Source: an uncultured delta proteobacterium | Lineage (GTDB): Bacteria; Desulfobacterota; Binatia; UBA9968 | Length of the DNA stretch: 64,000 bases | Assembly (NCBI GenBank): GCA_963760795.1 | Contig: CAVXEP010000013.1 | Span: 128,001 to 192,000 of the forward strand | Direction of reading: 5' to 3' | In this document: positions 10,257 through 20,729 of the stretch, one piece after another | Layout: each line of letters starts with the position of its first letter | How positions within the stretch are numbered: position 1 is the stretch's first letter | Program-made: the position numbers and the translations under genes | The notes under the pieces: generated by a model | Databases searched by the model: none | Seen by the model: only the letters and a program-made list of their open reading frames with translations | What the model was told of the DNA's origin: nothing

Positions 10257-11375
10257 TTATTGCAACACCTTCTCCGCGAACTTCTGCGCTTTCAACCTGA
10301 CCTCGACGCACTTGTCTTCGAGATAGTTGCGCATTTTCTCGTTATCCTTCGGACTCAAAGTGTCCTTCGACGCTTCCACGCCTTGCTTCGCCATCCACTT
10401 GGTGTCGACGTCAAGCCGGCGCGTGCCGTGCAACAGCACTCGGCTGTAGATTTCCTGCCCTTCTTTGCTCAATAGCCAGTTGACGAACACCTTCGTCGCA
10501 TTGGGGTGGGGCGGATTTTTGACCACCGCCAGCGTGCCGTAGCCGTTGCTCGACGGATTACCTTCGCTGGGATCGGGAAGATCTTTGATCGGCAAACCTG
10601 CCTTGACGAAGGGTTCGGTCTGCGCCAAGCCGATGCCCAGCGTGATCGCCAGTTTGCCCTTGGCCAGCGCCTCGGCGAGCTGCCGAAGGTTTTGCGTAAC
10701 GAAGAGATCCTGCTGCACAAGCTTTTTTAAAAACTCTTCACCCTTGAGATCCCATAGATAGGACCAGACCGACAATCCCGAGCCCGCCACGCGCGGGTCG
10801 CTCAAACCGATCTTCCCCTTCCATTTTGGGTTGAGCAGATCGTCTAGCGAGCGAAACTCCTCGGGTTTCGAGAGCGACGTGTTGTACCAATAGCCTTCGG
10901 TACTCTTGGTTGAGATGAAGGAATAGAAAAGCTTGGTGCCGCTGACGTTGTCCATGAAAACATGGCCGCTCCACCACTGTTTAGGCTCCTTCACCTCGGG
11001 GAGAATCATGTAGGGCTCGATCTGATCGAATATCCCCGACTTGATCAACGGCACACCGGTGCAGGAGCCGAAAATGAACGAATCGAAATAGCGCACGCCG
11101 GCTTTGCCTTCGGTGACGATGCGATTGGCGATCTGCGGACCGGTGGCGGAAAAGATTTCCATCTCGAATCCGAAGCGCGCCTTAAATGCCGGTTCAAGCT
11201 CGCGCCGCAGCTCGGCGCTCGGTGGCAGCCCGACGACAACCTTGCCTTCCTTCTTCGCCGCCGCCACCGTCTTGTCCCACTCCGTCTGCCAAGATTGCTG
11301 CGCGTATAACACGGGTGACTTAGCGAGCAAACAGACTACGCCCAATAGGGCTGATAAGACGAATTTCGCTTTCAT
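10257..11375 (-). CDS. extracellular solute-binding protein, paralog of 7599..8708
   Basis: shared PEVKEPKQWW, LLNPKWKG and PHPNATKVFVNWLLSKEGQ. Confidence 0.85.
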   Translation of the reverse strand: MKAKFVLSALLGVVCLLAKSPVLYAQQSWQTEWDKTVAAAKKEGKVVVGLPPSAELRRELEPAFKARFGFEMEIFSATGPQIANRIVTEGKAGVRYFDSFIFGSCTGVPLIKSGIFDQIEPYMILPEVKEPKQWWSGHVFMDNVSGTKLFYSFISTKSTEGYWYNTSLSKPEEFRSLDDLLNPKWKGKIGLSDPRVAGSGLSVWSYLWDLKGEEFLKKLVQQDLFVTQNLRQLAEALAKGKLAITLGIGLAQTEPFVKAGLPIKDLPDPSEGNPSSNGYGTLAVVKNPPHPNATKVFVNWLLSKEGQEIYSRVLLHGTRRLDVDTKWMAKQGVEASKDTLSPKDNEKMRNYLEDKCVEVRLKAQKFAEKVLQ

Positions 11376-11533
11376 AGTTTGAAGACTTTGGGTTCTTTGC
11401 GGCTCATCACCCGTGAATTTTCCGACTCGTGTCTCATGCCTTCCGCCTCAATCATATCGCGCGCGCCAACGACAAATCGCTGACTTTTGCCTTACCACCG
11501 ATCATTCTGCCTCCATGAAATACGACTTTCGTT

Positions 11534-11617
11534 TTTCACCACGAAGGTCACGAAGAGCACGAAGTTGCAGCAAATAATTTCCGAAACCTTCGTGTCCTTC
11601 GTGCCTCCGTGGTGAAA
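11534..11617. repeat. palindromic element family A, copy 2
   Basis: tttcaccacgaaggtcacgaagagcacgaag...ttccgaaaccttcgtgtccttcgtgcctccgtggtgaaa. Confidence 0.9.
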
Positions 11618-11645
11618 TAGATCCCAACAACCGATGTCAAATTTT

Positions 11646-12656
11646 CTACTGCACATCGAAGCGCGTCGCGCGCTCCGAGACATTATTGAACGCCTTGGGA
11701 TGCACCAGCTTGCGGCTGTAGAGCACCATGCGCAGGAAGCCGGGGCTGCCGGTGATGCGATGCGCGACGCCGCGCGGGATGTAGGACATTTGCCCCGCGT
11801 CGAGCTCCATGGCGCCCCACTCGGTGTGATTCAGCGAATGGCCGCGGAATTGAAACCAGATTTCGTCCTCGTCGCAGCCGCGATGAAAGCCGTTCTGCTC
11901 TTCTTCGAGATTGTAAACGTCGACGCGAAACTCTTTGCCGTTGTATAGAATCGGCGCGCGCGCGCCGCCCTTGCCGGTCATGCCGGTGAAATAATTGAAC
12001 GCGCTCAACTTGCGCACCGGCCGGCCGCCTTCGCGTTTGCAGCCGATCAACGCTGCGACATCGCGCTCGACCCAGAGATCCGACTGCGGGTCCCAGAAAC
12101 TGATATGCTCCAGCGCCGTTCCGTCACCAGCGCCGTCCGCATTGTGGCCATTGGCAGCGCCGATCGGTTCCGATGGTTTTACACTGAACTTATTTTGCGT
12201 CAGCGGCTTCTCCGGATCGACGCCTTCAGTCATCGCTTCCTGGGTCGCCACGCGCACGCGCAAGCATTGGTCTGAACCGATGCTGCGATGGGAAATCGCC
12301 GAAGGCACCAGGGCGATCTCGCCGGGCTCGATTTCGATGACGCCGCTTTCGCTCTCGATCTTCGAGCGGCCGCAGAACTGCAAATAAACGATGTCAAAAT
12401 CCGCCGCGCGGGTCAGCTGAGTCTCGCGACCGGCGATATGCTCGGTGCTCACGCGCAAGGCATCGCCCTCAAAGACCGTCGCCCGCGCCCGGTTGCCGTT
12501 AAGCGGCGTGCTGCGGAGTAAGTCGAACGGCCGGATATGCGGCACCATCCTTTGCCCCATGCGCGCGGTGCCGATCACCGCGCTCTCGTCGCGCTCCATC
12601 CAGATATGCTCCGAGGGCTCCCGGTGGGTCATGAATTCACGAATTTTCTTCGCCAT
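11646..12656 (-). CDS. bicupin protein, distantly homogentisate-dioxygenase-like
   Basis: two similar halves; C-terminal half has FHRGCDEDE...IPRGVAH cupin metal ligands, N-terminal half is degenerate. Confidence 0.65.
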   Translation of the reverse strand: MAKKIREFMTHREPSEHIWMERDESAVIGTARMGQRMVPHIRPFDLLRSTPLNGNRARATVFEGDALRVSTEHIAGRETQLTRAADFDIVYLQFCGRSKIESESGVIEIEPGEIALVPSAISHRSIGSDQCLRVRVATQEAMTEGVDPEKPLTQNKFSVKPSEPIGAANGHNADGAGDGTALEHISFWDPQSDLWVERDVAALIGCKREGGRPVRKLSAFNYFTGMTGKGGARAPILYNGKEFRVDVYNLEEEQNGFHRGCDEDEIWFQFRGHSLNHTEWGAMELDAGQMSYIPRGVAHRITGSPGFLRMVLYSRKLVHPKAFNNVSERATRFDVQ

Positions 12657-12713
12657 AAGATTCTCCTTCGTCGGTAATTAATCCTTACTCGAAACTATCG
12701 ATCTCTAGCACAT

Positions 12714-13695
12714 TTAGAGCTTAGGCTTCCATGTTCTTTTTAACTCGCCGTAGACGCGCCGGATAATGGCGTAGTCAAATACTTTGCTCAGGTCGGTGAG
12801 CTTCGGCGCCTTGATCAATTCCGCCCGAGCCGCCACTTCGTCGCGCAAGCACGTCGTCGGACACCGATCCTTCTTCGGTCATGCTCACCAGCGCGCTGTC
12901 GTAATCCACCGCCAAGGCCTCGGCGGGCAATGGATTGTACTTGGCCACCATGGCGAGCGCCGGCTCTTTGTAGCGCCGGGCAAATTCCCGGCCTTTGGCG
13001 ATGGCGCGCAAGTATCGCTCGACCACGCCGGGGTTTTCCGCCAGCAACTTGTTCGACACCGCCACACCGTTCCACACGAGCTGAATTTCCTTGCTCAGAT
13101 CGGCGATCGCGTGGCCGCGCGTCGGACCGACTTGGCTGATGTCGCGCGGCGTCAGCGGCGAGGCATCCACCGAGCCCGACAGAAAGGCCGGGAAGCGCGC
13201 TTCGCTGCGCACCGCGATGAATAGAAACGACTTGGAATCGAAGCGGTACTTCTTCATCAACAGCAGCGTCGCCAGATGACCGGTATCGCCGTAGGTATTG
13301 ATCGCGATCTTCTTGCCGACCAGATCTTGCAAGGTCTTGAGCTCCGGCTTGTTGGACATGAGCTTGTAAGTCGGCCGCGACTGGTTGGTGTAAACGATCT
13401 TAACCGGACCGCCGCGCAGCGCCGCGCTCAACGCCGAACCTGCCGATGAGCTGAAGTGCAGCTGGCCGGATAACAACGTCTGGGTTGCGCTACCACCGCC
13501 CGAACGGATGATCTTGACGCTCAACCCCTCCTCCGCCATGTAACCTCGTTCGATGGCGACCAGGTGATCCATGTACGCCGCGCCCAGCGACGCGAAGGAG
13601 ACGGTCACATCCTCGGCCCAAAGCTGCGGTGACCATGGGATAAGAACCAGCGCTACACACCAGGCGATAGCAGACTGCCGCGAGATTCGATTCAT
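12714..13695 (-). CDS. NMT1/SsuA-type substrate-binding protein, frameshifted near 12845
   Basis: LQDLVGKKIAIN motif; natural C-terminus (RDEVAARAE...WKPKL*) is in another frame ending at 12714. Confidence 0.8.
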
Positions 13696-13750
13696 GTTTC
13701 GTCTAAACATTCTGCTCACTCTTCCACACTGACATCGTCCGCTGCTCGGC

Positions 13751-15292
13751 CTATCTAAATTCAGCCTTCTTGGTTAGATAGTATTTCTTCATCGCCGGGC
13801 GGTATTTTTCCATCATCTCTTTGTTGAGGTCGAGCGGCGGCTTCGCGCCTTCGGGAAGCAGCGAGAAATACTTGCTGTCTTTGGTATCTTGCTCGAACTG
13901 CTTCTTGGCAGCATCTCGTAATTCAGGAGATGTCAGCAAATCCAGCACCGACGCAGCGATCACCTTCGCTCCGGTCACTGCGCCTTTGTGGCCGATCGAC
14001 ATCGTCGGGGTAATGCCTGCCGACCAGTGATGCGCCTGAATGCCGGGCACAACTGACGGGAAACGAATCGTTCCTGTCGGCACCACCCAGGTAATGTCAC
14101 CGATATCGTTGGACGACGAGTTTTGACGGCCTGCTGCCAAAGGCAAGACTTTCGTCGGCAGACCGACTTCCTTCTGACCCATGGATTTTTGCAGTTCTCT
14201 GGCGAACTTGTTTTCGTCTTCCGTCCAATGCGGCATGCCGACCACGTCGATATTCTTCTGCACCGCTTCGGCGATCGTTTTATTGCCGAGGGAAGGCCAC
14301 GCCGCACCGAAGGGCTCCATCTCCATAGTCGTGCCGGTCATCAGCGCCGCGCCTTTGCCGACGTTGACCAGCTTGTCGAAATTTTCCTTCGCCCAGGGTC
14401 CGGTGGCATCCCGGACAAACCACCAGATCTGCCCCATGTCGGGAATGATGTTCGGCTGTATGCCGCCATGGGTGATCGTGCGATGGGCGCGGTAGGTCGG
14501 CCGCAAATGCTCGCGCAGCTTGTCCATGCCGATATCCATCAAAACCACGGCGTCGACGGCGTCTTTGCCATCCCAAGGATTGACGCCGCCATGGGCGGTC
14601 CGGCCCCTGAAGGTAAACTTCGCGCCGATCAAAGCGTAATTCCCCAAGCCATAACCGGTGCCCAGGGTGTCACCGACATGGGTGATCACCGCCGCGTCGA
14701 CATCTTTGAAGTAACCGTCGCGCACGAGATACGGCCGGCTCATCAGCTGCTCTTCCGCCGGACCGATGGAGAGCACCACCGTGCCGGGCAGTTTGAATTG
14801 CTCCATCGCCTTCTTGATCGCGTGCGCCGCACCGACAGCCGCGGCGGCCATTAAATTGTGCCCTTCCATGTGGCCTGGCGCGCCTTCGACAAGCGGCTTG
14901 CGCGGAATACTGCCCGGAGTCTGCGAACCCTCGGGCAGAGAGTCCATTTCCGTCGCAATCGCGATCACCGGTTTGCCCGAGCCCCAGGTCGCCCAAACAT
15001 TGGTCGGCAGACCGGCACCGCCGAGCTCGACTTTAAAGCCAATCTGCTCCAGCGTCGTTTTCAAATACTTGGAGCTCTCGTACTCCTGCATTCCCGGCTC
15101 GCCGAAGTAATAAAGCACATCGCCGACGGTAGCGATCTGCGCCGCGTTGCGCTCGACCACCTCGAACGCAACTTTCTTGGCATCGGCGGGAGAATCAGCG
15201 GTGGCCGGCTTGAAAATAAAAGTAAGTACGAGCGTCAATGAAGCAAGCGCCACAAACGATCTGAAATTAAAAATTAGACTTCTGACGGACAT
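13751..15292 (-). CDS. M20 amidohydrolase, AbgB-like, with signal peptide
   Basis: EMDSLP, GHMEGHN, GPAEE, HGGVNPWDG and SNDIGDITWVVP motifs; ATG 15292 with GGAGGAG RBS. Confidence 0.88.
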   Translation of the reverse strand: MSVRSLIFNFRSFVALASLTLVLTFIFKPATADSPADAKKVAFEVVERNAAQIATVGDVLYYFGEPGMQEYESSKYLKTTLEQIGFKVELGGAGLPTNVWATWGSGKPVIAIATEMDSLPEGSQTPGSIPRKPLVEGAPGHMEGHNLMAAAAVGAAHAIKKAMEQFKLPGTVVLSIGPAEEQLMSRPYLVRDGYFKDVDAAVITHVGDTLGTGYGLGNYALIGAKFTFRGRTAHGGVNPWDGKDAVDAVVLMDIGMDKLREHLRPTYRAHRTITHGGIQPNIIPDMGQIWWFVRDATGPWAKENFDKLVNVGKGAALMTGTTMEMEPFGAAWPSLGNKTIAEAVQKNIDVVGMPHWTEDENKFARELQKSMGQKEVGLPTKVLPLAAGRQNSSSNDIGDITWVVPTGTIRFPSVVPGIQAHHWSAGITPTMSIGHKGAVTGAKVIAASVLDLLTSPELRDAAKKQFEQDTKDSKYFSLLPEGAKPPLDLNKEMMEKYRPAMKKYYLTKKAEFR

Positions 15293-15373
15293 AGGAACTC
15301 CTCCTCTTGGCAATCGGCTTATCACGACCGGAGGATAAAATCGAAGTCCAGTAAAAAGGTTCTCAATCCCGGG

Positions 15374-15402
15374 TGTCATTCCGAGCAGAGCGAGGAATCT
15401 CG
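15374..15402. repeat. GTC-type REP-like arm downstream of the GIY-YIG gene
   Basis: tgtcattccgagcagagcgaggaatctcg is an imperfect inverse of 15716..15743. Confidence 0.75.
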
Positions 15403-15404
15403 TC

Positions 15405-15694
15405 CTCTCCCACCCGGCACTAAGGTCAAACCACTTGGGATTGACCAAAACTATCAATTCAGTTTTTTTCTTACGGCGCCAACCCTAGAATTCCTTTTCG
15501 CTAGCCAGCGCGGCATGGATATCGCCCGTTTCTTCGATGTAAACGGGCTGGTTGATGTTGTAACGAAAGGTAGAACCTGGAAGCAACTTATTTTTATGCT
15601 CGTAGACGCGCCGTCTGGTGTCGTTGGTAACACCTGTTTAGAGCGTACGCGATGTATTGGACATGATGTAAACGTAGTAGTGATTTCTGGACAT
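15405..15694 (-). pseudogene. small GIY-YIG nuclease (UPF0213/YhbQ-like) pseudogene
   Basis: MSRNHYYVYIMSNTSRTL*TGVTNDTRRRVYEHK...ASEKEF*GWRRKKK...NPKWFDL; in-frame TAA at 15638-15640 and TAG at 15485-15487. Confidence 0.85.
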
Positions 15695-15715
15695 ATGCGC
15701 CGCTCGGAACGAAAT

Positions 15716-15743
15716 CGAGACCCTTCGCTACGTCAGGGCGACA
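15716..15743. repeat. GTC-type REP-like arm upstream of the GIY-YIG gene
   Basis: cgagacccttcgctacgtcagggcgaca. Confidence 0.75.
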
Positions 15744-15834
15744 CGCAAAGTTCGTTACTTACCGAGGTGTAATTCAAAATTTGAATCGATACGCGAGACA
15801 CGCAGACCAAACCAAGAACATAAGGCGTTCCCCT

Positions 15835-16385
15835 GAGCCTCAAGACAAAATTCCCGTCGCGCATGTTGTAGACCTTTTGGAATTTCTCCCGCGCCTTGGG
15901 GTCGTGGCTCGCCATGATCACAGTCTTGCCGTATTTTTCCGCCAAGGAAAGAAACAATGCCGTGACCGTGCTGGTGTTGCCGGTGTCGAAATTGCCGGTG
16001 GGCTCGTCGGCGAAAATCAGCGCCGGATCGTTGGCCAGCGCCAGCGCCACCGGCGACGCGCTGTTGCTCGCCGCCGGACAAGTTCCTCCGGCCGTTTGTA
16101 CCCCTTGGCGCCGAGGCCGACATGTCGCGCAATCACTGGGTGCGCACTTCGCGGCCGCACTCGACGCCGCGATAAGCATGGGCAGCTCGAGGTTCTCCAC
16201 CGCGGTCAAGGTCGGACATCAGGTTGAAACGACTGAGAGATCGATTGGCGACTTTGTGAAGCCGGATACTTGTCCAATCGCGCAATCCGACAGCGACATA
16301 ACTTTTGATCAACCGACATGAATCTACACATCCGTTGGCGTGATCGACGCAGCCGAGGATATTGAGCAACGTTGTCATTGCCACA
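15835..16385 (-). pseudogene. decayed LolD/MacB-type ABC ATPase
   Basis: TTLLNILGCVD, TAVENLELP, LSGGEQQRVA, IFADEPTGN and MASHD pieces lie in different frames; Walker A is missing. Confidence 0.75.
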
Positions 16386-16575
16386 GCTCGAGGCCCATCG
16401 AGCCACTGCGTCGCCCATGTCCTAATTATTGAAAATTTTGCCATCCTGCTCCGATTCACCCCGAAAATATCAAAAGGAGTTGCGCACCCGAGAAAATTGC
16501 GCGGGATTTTCTTCTGTTGCGGGTTGTGCTCGCCGGCTAATTTCGGTACCCTGCCGAGAGTTTTGGGGTTTTCCT

Positions 16576-17982
16576 ATGCGGTCTAGCAGAATCGTCAATT
16601 ATCTGCTGTTGGCAATTGTTGGAATCTCAGGTTGCGCCAGCAGGGATCGCCAGTACTACAGCGCGGCCGCTACTTCAGCCCCGACACCCATCGTCCGCGT
16701 TCTGCCGTTAGCTGCACACCCGACACCGACTCCAGAGCCAACCGCGCCGCAAGTGCCGCAGCAGGTTGTATCGCCTGAACTAGCTGAACCCGTTCTTGTG
16801 CCGCCCATGCCGCGGCCCCAACCGCCGCCGTTCGCGCCAGTTGCCGAAGTCAAAAACGATCGCACCGATGGCCGTGAAAAATCGGCACCAACGCCTGCGC
16901 CAACAAATCAAAGCGCGACGCTTAATCCGGCCAGCCTCGACAACCGGCTGCTGGAATTTTTGGAAAAAGATATCGACAAGGCGGTAGAGCAGCCCAAAGA
17001 GCGCCGTCATCTGCAGTTTTCCAAGGATGTCATCGACCATCCGCGCGTGCGTCAGTTCGTGAGCCAATATTCGGTTACCAACAAGGTCTATTTTGAGACT
17101 CTGCTAGCGCGCTCCGGCAAATACATGCCGATCATCGCCAAAGTCTTGGGCGACGAAGGGCTGCCGGAAGAGTTGGCGTATCTCGCCCTACTCGAAAGCG
17201 AATTCCTGGTGAACACAACATCGCAATCTGGTGCGGTGGGACTCTGGCAATTCGTCCCAGGCACGGCGCGCCAGTACGGCCTGCGCATCGACGATTGGGT
17301 CGACGAACGGCGCGACCCGGTGAAGTCCACTAGAGCCGCCGCCGCTTATTTAAAGGATCTGCATCGCTACTACGGCCGTTGGTACCTGGTGACGGCGGCC
17401 TACAACGCCGGCCCGGCAATTATCGACAAAGCATTGCAAACCAGCCGCGCGGCAGATTTCTGGGGTATCAAAGAAAAAGCTCAATTGCGGCAGGAAACCC
17501 GCAACTTCGTGCCCAAGTTCGTCGCCATCGCGTTGATCGCCACCAATCCAAAAAAATACGGCTTTAATAATTTGCGTTACGAGGAGCCGCTGGAATTCGA
17601 CGAGGTGGATGCCGAAGGCTTGCTCAAGCTCGACGCCGCAGCGGAAATGGCCGAAGCCGACCTAACGGCGATGAAAGAACTCAATCCGGCGCTGCTGCGC
17701 AACGTTACGCCGCCAGGGGCGCGTGGTTATCGTTTGCGCGTCCCGGCTGGCAAGGCCCTAGTATTTGCCAAAGCTGGCGAATACCAACGCAACCAGGAGC
17801 AGGAATCGGTGCGGCTGGTTACCCACGAGGTGCAACGAGGCGAAACTCTCTTTTCCATCGCCGCGCGTTATGGTCAAGCCGTCAGCTCGCTCATGGAACT
17901 CAACGGCTTGACCACGGCACGACTGCAAATCGGTCAGAAGCTTCGGATTATTTTTGAAGGTATCCGCGGTACGCTGCGCTAA
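16576..17982 (+). CDS. mltD: MltD-like lytic transglycosylase lipoprotein (SLT + LysM)
   Basis: lipobox ISGC, Pro-rich linker, LES/GAVGLWQF/AAYNAG SLT motifs, C-terminal LysM (HEVQRGETLFSIA). Confidence 0.85.
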   Translation: MRSSRIVNYLLLAIVGISGCASRDRQYYSAAATSAPTPIVRVLPLAAHPTPTPEPTAPQVPQQVVSPELAEPVLVPPMPRPQPPPFAPVAEVKNDRTDGREKSAPTPAPTNQSATLNPASLDNRLLEFLEKDIDKAVEQPKERRHLQFSKDVIDHPRVRQFVSQYSVTNKVYFETLLARSGKYMPIIAKVLGDEGLPEELAYLALLESEFLVNTTSQSGAVGLWQFVPGTARQYGLRIDDWVDERRDPVKSTRAAAAYLKDLHRYYGRWYLVTAAYNAGPAIIDKALQTSRAADFWGIKEKAQLRQETRNFVPKFVAIALIATNPKKYGFNNLRYEEPLEFDEVDAEGLLKLDAAAEMAEADLTAMKELNPALLRNVTPPGARGYRLRVPAGKALVFAKAGEYQRNQEQESVRLVTHEVQRGETLFSIAARYGQAVSSLMELNGLTTARLQIGQKLRIIFEGIRGTLR

Positions 17983-17985
17983 ACC

Positions 17986-19272
17986 CTACTTGCGTTTACT
18001 CATCTCAACGAAGTCGCGGGTCGGCGCCCCTAGATAGATCTGCTTGGGCCGGGCGAGTTTTTGTTCGGGATCGGTGAGCATTTCTTCCCACTGGGCGACC
18101 CAGCCGACAGTTCGCGGTATCGCGAAGAGTACCGGGAACATGTCCATCGGCAAGCCCATCGACTGGTAAATCAACCCCGAATAGAAATCGACATTTGGAT
18201 AGAGCTTACGCTTGATGAAGTAATCGTCGCTGAGCGCGATCCGTTCGAGCTCCAAGGCGATTTCGAGCAGCGGATTTTTTCCCATCACCTCGAACACTTG
18301 GTCTGCGATGTTTTTGATTATGCGGGCGCGCGGATCGTAATTCTTGTAGACCCGATGGCCAAAGCCCATCAGGCGGCCCGAGCCGGCTTTGACCTTTTGG
18401 ATGAACTCGGGAACTTTGTCCTTGGAACCGATCTCCATCAGCATGCGCAATACCGCCTCATTGGCGCCGCCATGGAGCGGGCCGTAGAGCGCCGCCGCCG
18501 CGCCGGCAACAGACGAGTAGGGATCAGGCTGGGAACTGCCGATGCCGCGCATGGCATTGGTGCTACAGTTCTGTTCATGATCGGCATGCAAGATGAAGAG
18601 AATATCCAAGGCGCGCTCGAGCACCGGGTTGGGTTTGTACTTGAGCTCGGTCATCTTAAACAGCATATTCAAGAAGTTGCCGGTGTAGCTCAAGTCATTG
18701 TCCGGGTAGGAAAACGGTAACCCGAGACTATGGCGGTAGGCGAAGGCCGCCAAGGTCGGCATTTTGCCGACCAAACGATAAGTCTGCTCGCGCCGATTCT
18801 GCGCGTCGAAAATTTTTTTCGCGTTAGGGTAAAACGTCGACAACGCGCCCACGGTACTCACCAGCATACCCATGGGATGGGCATCGTGATGAAAACCGTC
18901 GATGAGCTTTTTAATGTTTTCGTGAATTATCGAATGATAAGTAACGTGGTGCGCGAAGTCGTCCAATTGCCCCTGGGTTGGCAGTTCGCCGTTTAGAATC
19001 AGATAGGCGGTCTCCAAGAAGGTGCTCTTCTCGGCGATCTGCTCGATCGGATAGCCACGGTAGCGCAATATGCCTTTGTCGCCATCGATATAGGTAATCT
19101 TACTTTGACATGACGCCGTATTCATGAAACCGGGGTCGTAACTGACGATCCCTTCGTCTTCAGAGATTTTGATCTGGAACAAATCCGTCGCCTTGATAGC
19201 ACCGTTTTTGATTGGGATCTCGTACTGTTTTCCGGTCCGGTTATCGACAATCGTTAGAGTCTCAGCAGCCAT
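17986..19272 (-). CDS. gltA: citrate synthase
   Basis: LHADHEQNCST, GPLHGGANE, GFGHRVYKNYDPRA and YPNVDFYSG motifs. Confidence 0.97.
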   Translation of the reverse strand: MAAETLTIVDNRTGKQYEIPIKNGAIKATDLFQIKISEDEGIVSYDPGFMNTASCQSKITYIDGDKGILRYRGYPIEQIAEKSTFLETAYLILNGELPTQGQLDDFAHHVTYHSIIHENIKKLIDGFHHDAHPMGMLVSTVGALSTFYPNAKKIFDAQNRREQTYRLVGKMPTLAAFAYRHSLGLPFSYPDNDLSYTGNFLNMLFKMTELKYKPNPVLERALDILFILHADHEQNCSTNAMRGIGSSQPDPYSSVAGAAAALYGPLHGGANEAVLRMLMEIGSKDKVPEFIQKVKAGSGRLMGFGHRVYKNYDPRARIIKNIADQVFEVMGKNPLLEIALELERIALSDDYFIKRKLYPNVDFYSGLIYQSMGLPMDMFPVLFAIPRTVGWVAQWEEMLTDPEQKLARPKQIYLGAPTRDFVEMSKRK

Positions 19273-19346
19273 TGGAATTTACCTTTCACAACTGTTCGCA
19301 CTTTAGCCTTTTTATTAGACCATCGCCATGCGCCGGTCAACTGTGC

Positions 19347-19805
19347 TCACCGCGGCGTAGCGGATATCGACCAGCTGAGCCTCCATCCTGCCGGGTGCCG
19401 GGTCATGCAGGCCAGAGTCGCCGGCGCAAACTCGATCACCGCCCGCTCGGCGTCGCCGGTAGTTAGCAAACCGGCGAGCCGGCAAAGGTAAGGCAAGTGG
19501 CTCACCAGCATTAGCGGGCGGCTGGTCGTTTCCAGCGCGGCCTTGACGATAAATGGATCGTCGTCAGGGCATAGCCCGCCAAGTTCGCGCACGCCCTCTG
19601 CCGGAGCCAGTACCGCGGCGACCAGTTCAGCGGTCTGTTGTGCCCGCAAGATACCGGAATGATAGATCCAGGCGACCGCCACACCGCGAGCGCTGGCCAG
19701 TCGCGCCAGTGCGATCACTTCGTCCCGCCCGCGTTGCGACAGCGGGCGGCGACCGTCGGGAGTCCCCGACAACGCTGCGCCGTGGCGCATCAGATAACAG
19801 TCCAC
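19347..19805 (-). CDS. sixA: phosphohistidine phosphatase SixA
   Basis: LMRHG, RPLS, RAQQTA and LVSHLP motifs; 152 aa. Confidence 0.85.
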   Translation of the reverse strand: MDCYLMRHGAALSGTPDGRRPLSQRGRDEVIALARLASARGVAVAWIYHSGILRAQQTAELVAAVLAPAEGVRELGGLCPDDDPFIVKAALETTSRPLMLVSHLPYLCRLAGLLTTGDAERAVIEFAPATLACMTRHPAGWRLSWSISATPR

Positions 19806-19931
19806 CGCCTACTAAGTCCTCGCTACTCAGTTCCCCGGAACATCAAAAATGGTTTTGCGGATTGGTCTTTGCAGTTAGTTATATGACCGCGATCGGCGCA
19901 AGCGCCATTAATTCTTGCAAAAGGCCATTGT

Positions 19932-19940
19932 TGATATAAT
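19932..19940 (+). promoter_or_regulatory. extended -10 promoter element upstream of the amino acid ABC operon
   Basis: perfect TGnTATAAT about 50 nt before GTG 19990. Confidence 0.5.
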
Positions 19941-19989
19941 ATGCAGACCAGCGTTTTGCAATCGAATCTTTCTCCAAGTTTGCGTAACC

Positions 19990-20718
19990 GTGATCGAATT
20001 CACCAAGGTCAACAAATGGTTCGGCGCACTCCATGTGCTGAGCGACATCGACCTCAGCATCGCTGCCGGGAACGTGGTGGTGGTCTGCGGTCCGAGCGGC
20101 AGCGGCAAGAGCACGCTGATCCGTTGCATCAATCGCCTCGAAACCATTCAATCCGGCGATATCATTGTCGATGGAATATCATTGTCGGATCCCAAGATCG
20201 ACGCCGCCAAGCTGCGTGCCAACGTCGGCATGGTGTTCCAGTCATTCAATCTCTATCCGCACATGACGGTGTTGCAAAATATCACCCTGGCGCCGGTCAA
20301 AGTTAGAAACATCGGCGCCGCCGACGCCGAAAAAACCGCTACTCAATTGCTGGAGCGCGTCGGCATTCCCGACAAAGCCGATGTCTATCCGGCAAATCTC
20401 TCCGGCGGACAGCAGCAGCGCGTCGCCATCGCCCGCGCTTTAGCGATGAAGCCCAAGGTCATGCTCTTCGACGAGCCGACCTCGGCCCTCGATCCCGAAA
20501 TGATCAACGAAGTGCTGGAAGTTATGACCGACCTGGCCAAGGACGGCATGACCATGGTGGTGGTCACTCACGAAATGGGCTTTGCCCGGCGCGTCGCCCA
20601 CCGGGTCGTCTTCATGGATCAGGGTAAGATCGTCGAGACCGCCGAACCGGAAACATTTTTCGCCGCGCCGCAATCGCCCCGAGCGCAACAATTCTTAAGC
20701 AAAATACTTTCACACTGA
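19990..20718 (+). CDS. polar amino acid ABC transporter ATP-binding protein (GlnQ/GltL-like)
   Basis: [17 protein letters not shown] and [11 protein letters not shown] motifs. Confidence 0.93.
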   Translation: MIEFTKVNKWFGALHVLSDIDLSIAAGNVVVVCGPSGSGKSTLIRCINRLETIQSGDIIVDGISLSDPKIDAAKLRANVGMVFQSFNLYPHMTVLQNITLAPVKVRNIGAADAEKTATQLLERVGIPDKADVYPANLSGGQQQRVAIARALAMKPKVMLFDEPTSALDPEMINEVLEVMTDLAKDGMTMVVVTHEMGFARRVAHRVVFMDQGKIVETAEPETFFAAPQSPRAQQFLSKILSH

Positions 20719-20729
20719 GGAGCAAACTT

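Noticed and set aside
15293-15457. GIY-YIG/amidohydrolase fusion implied by ORF 13751..15457
   Set aside because: The open frame is the tail of the dead nuclease plus REP sequence; the amidohydrolase has its own strong RBS and signal peptide at 15292.
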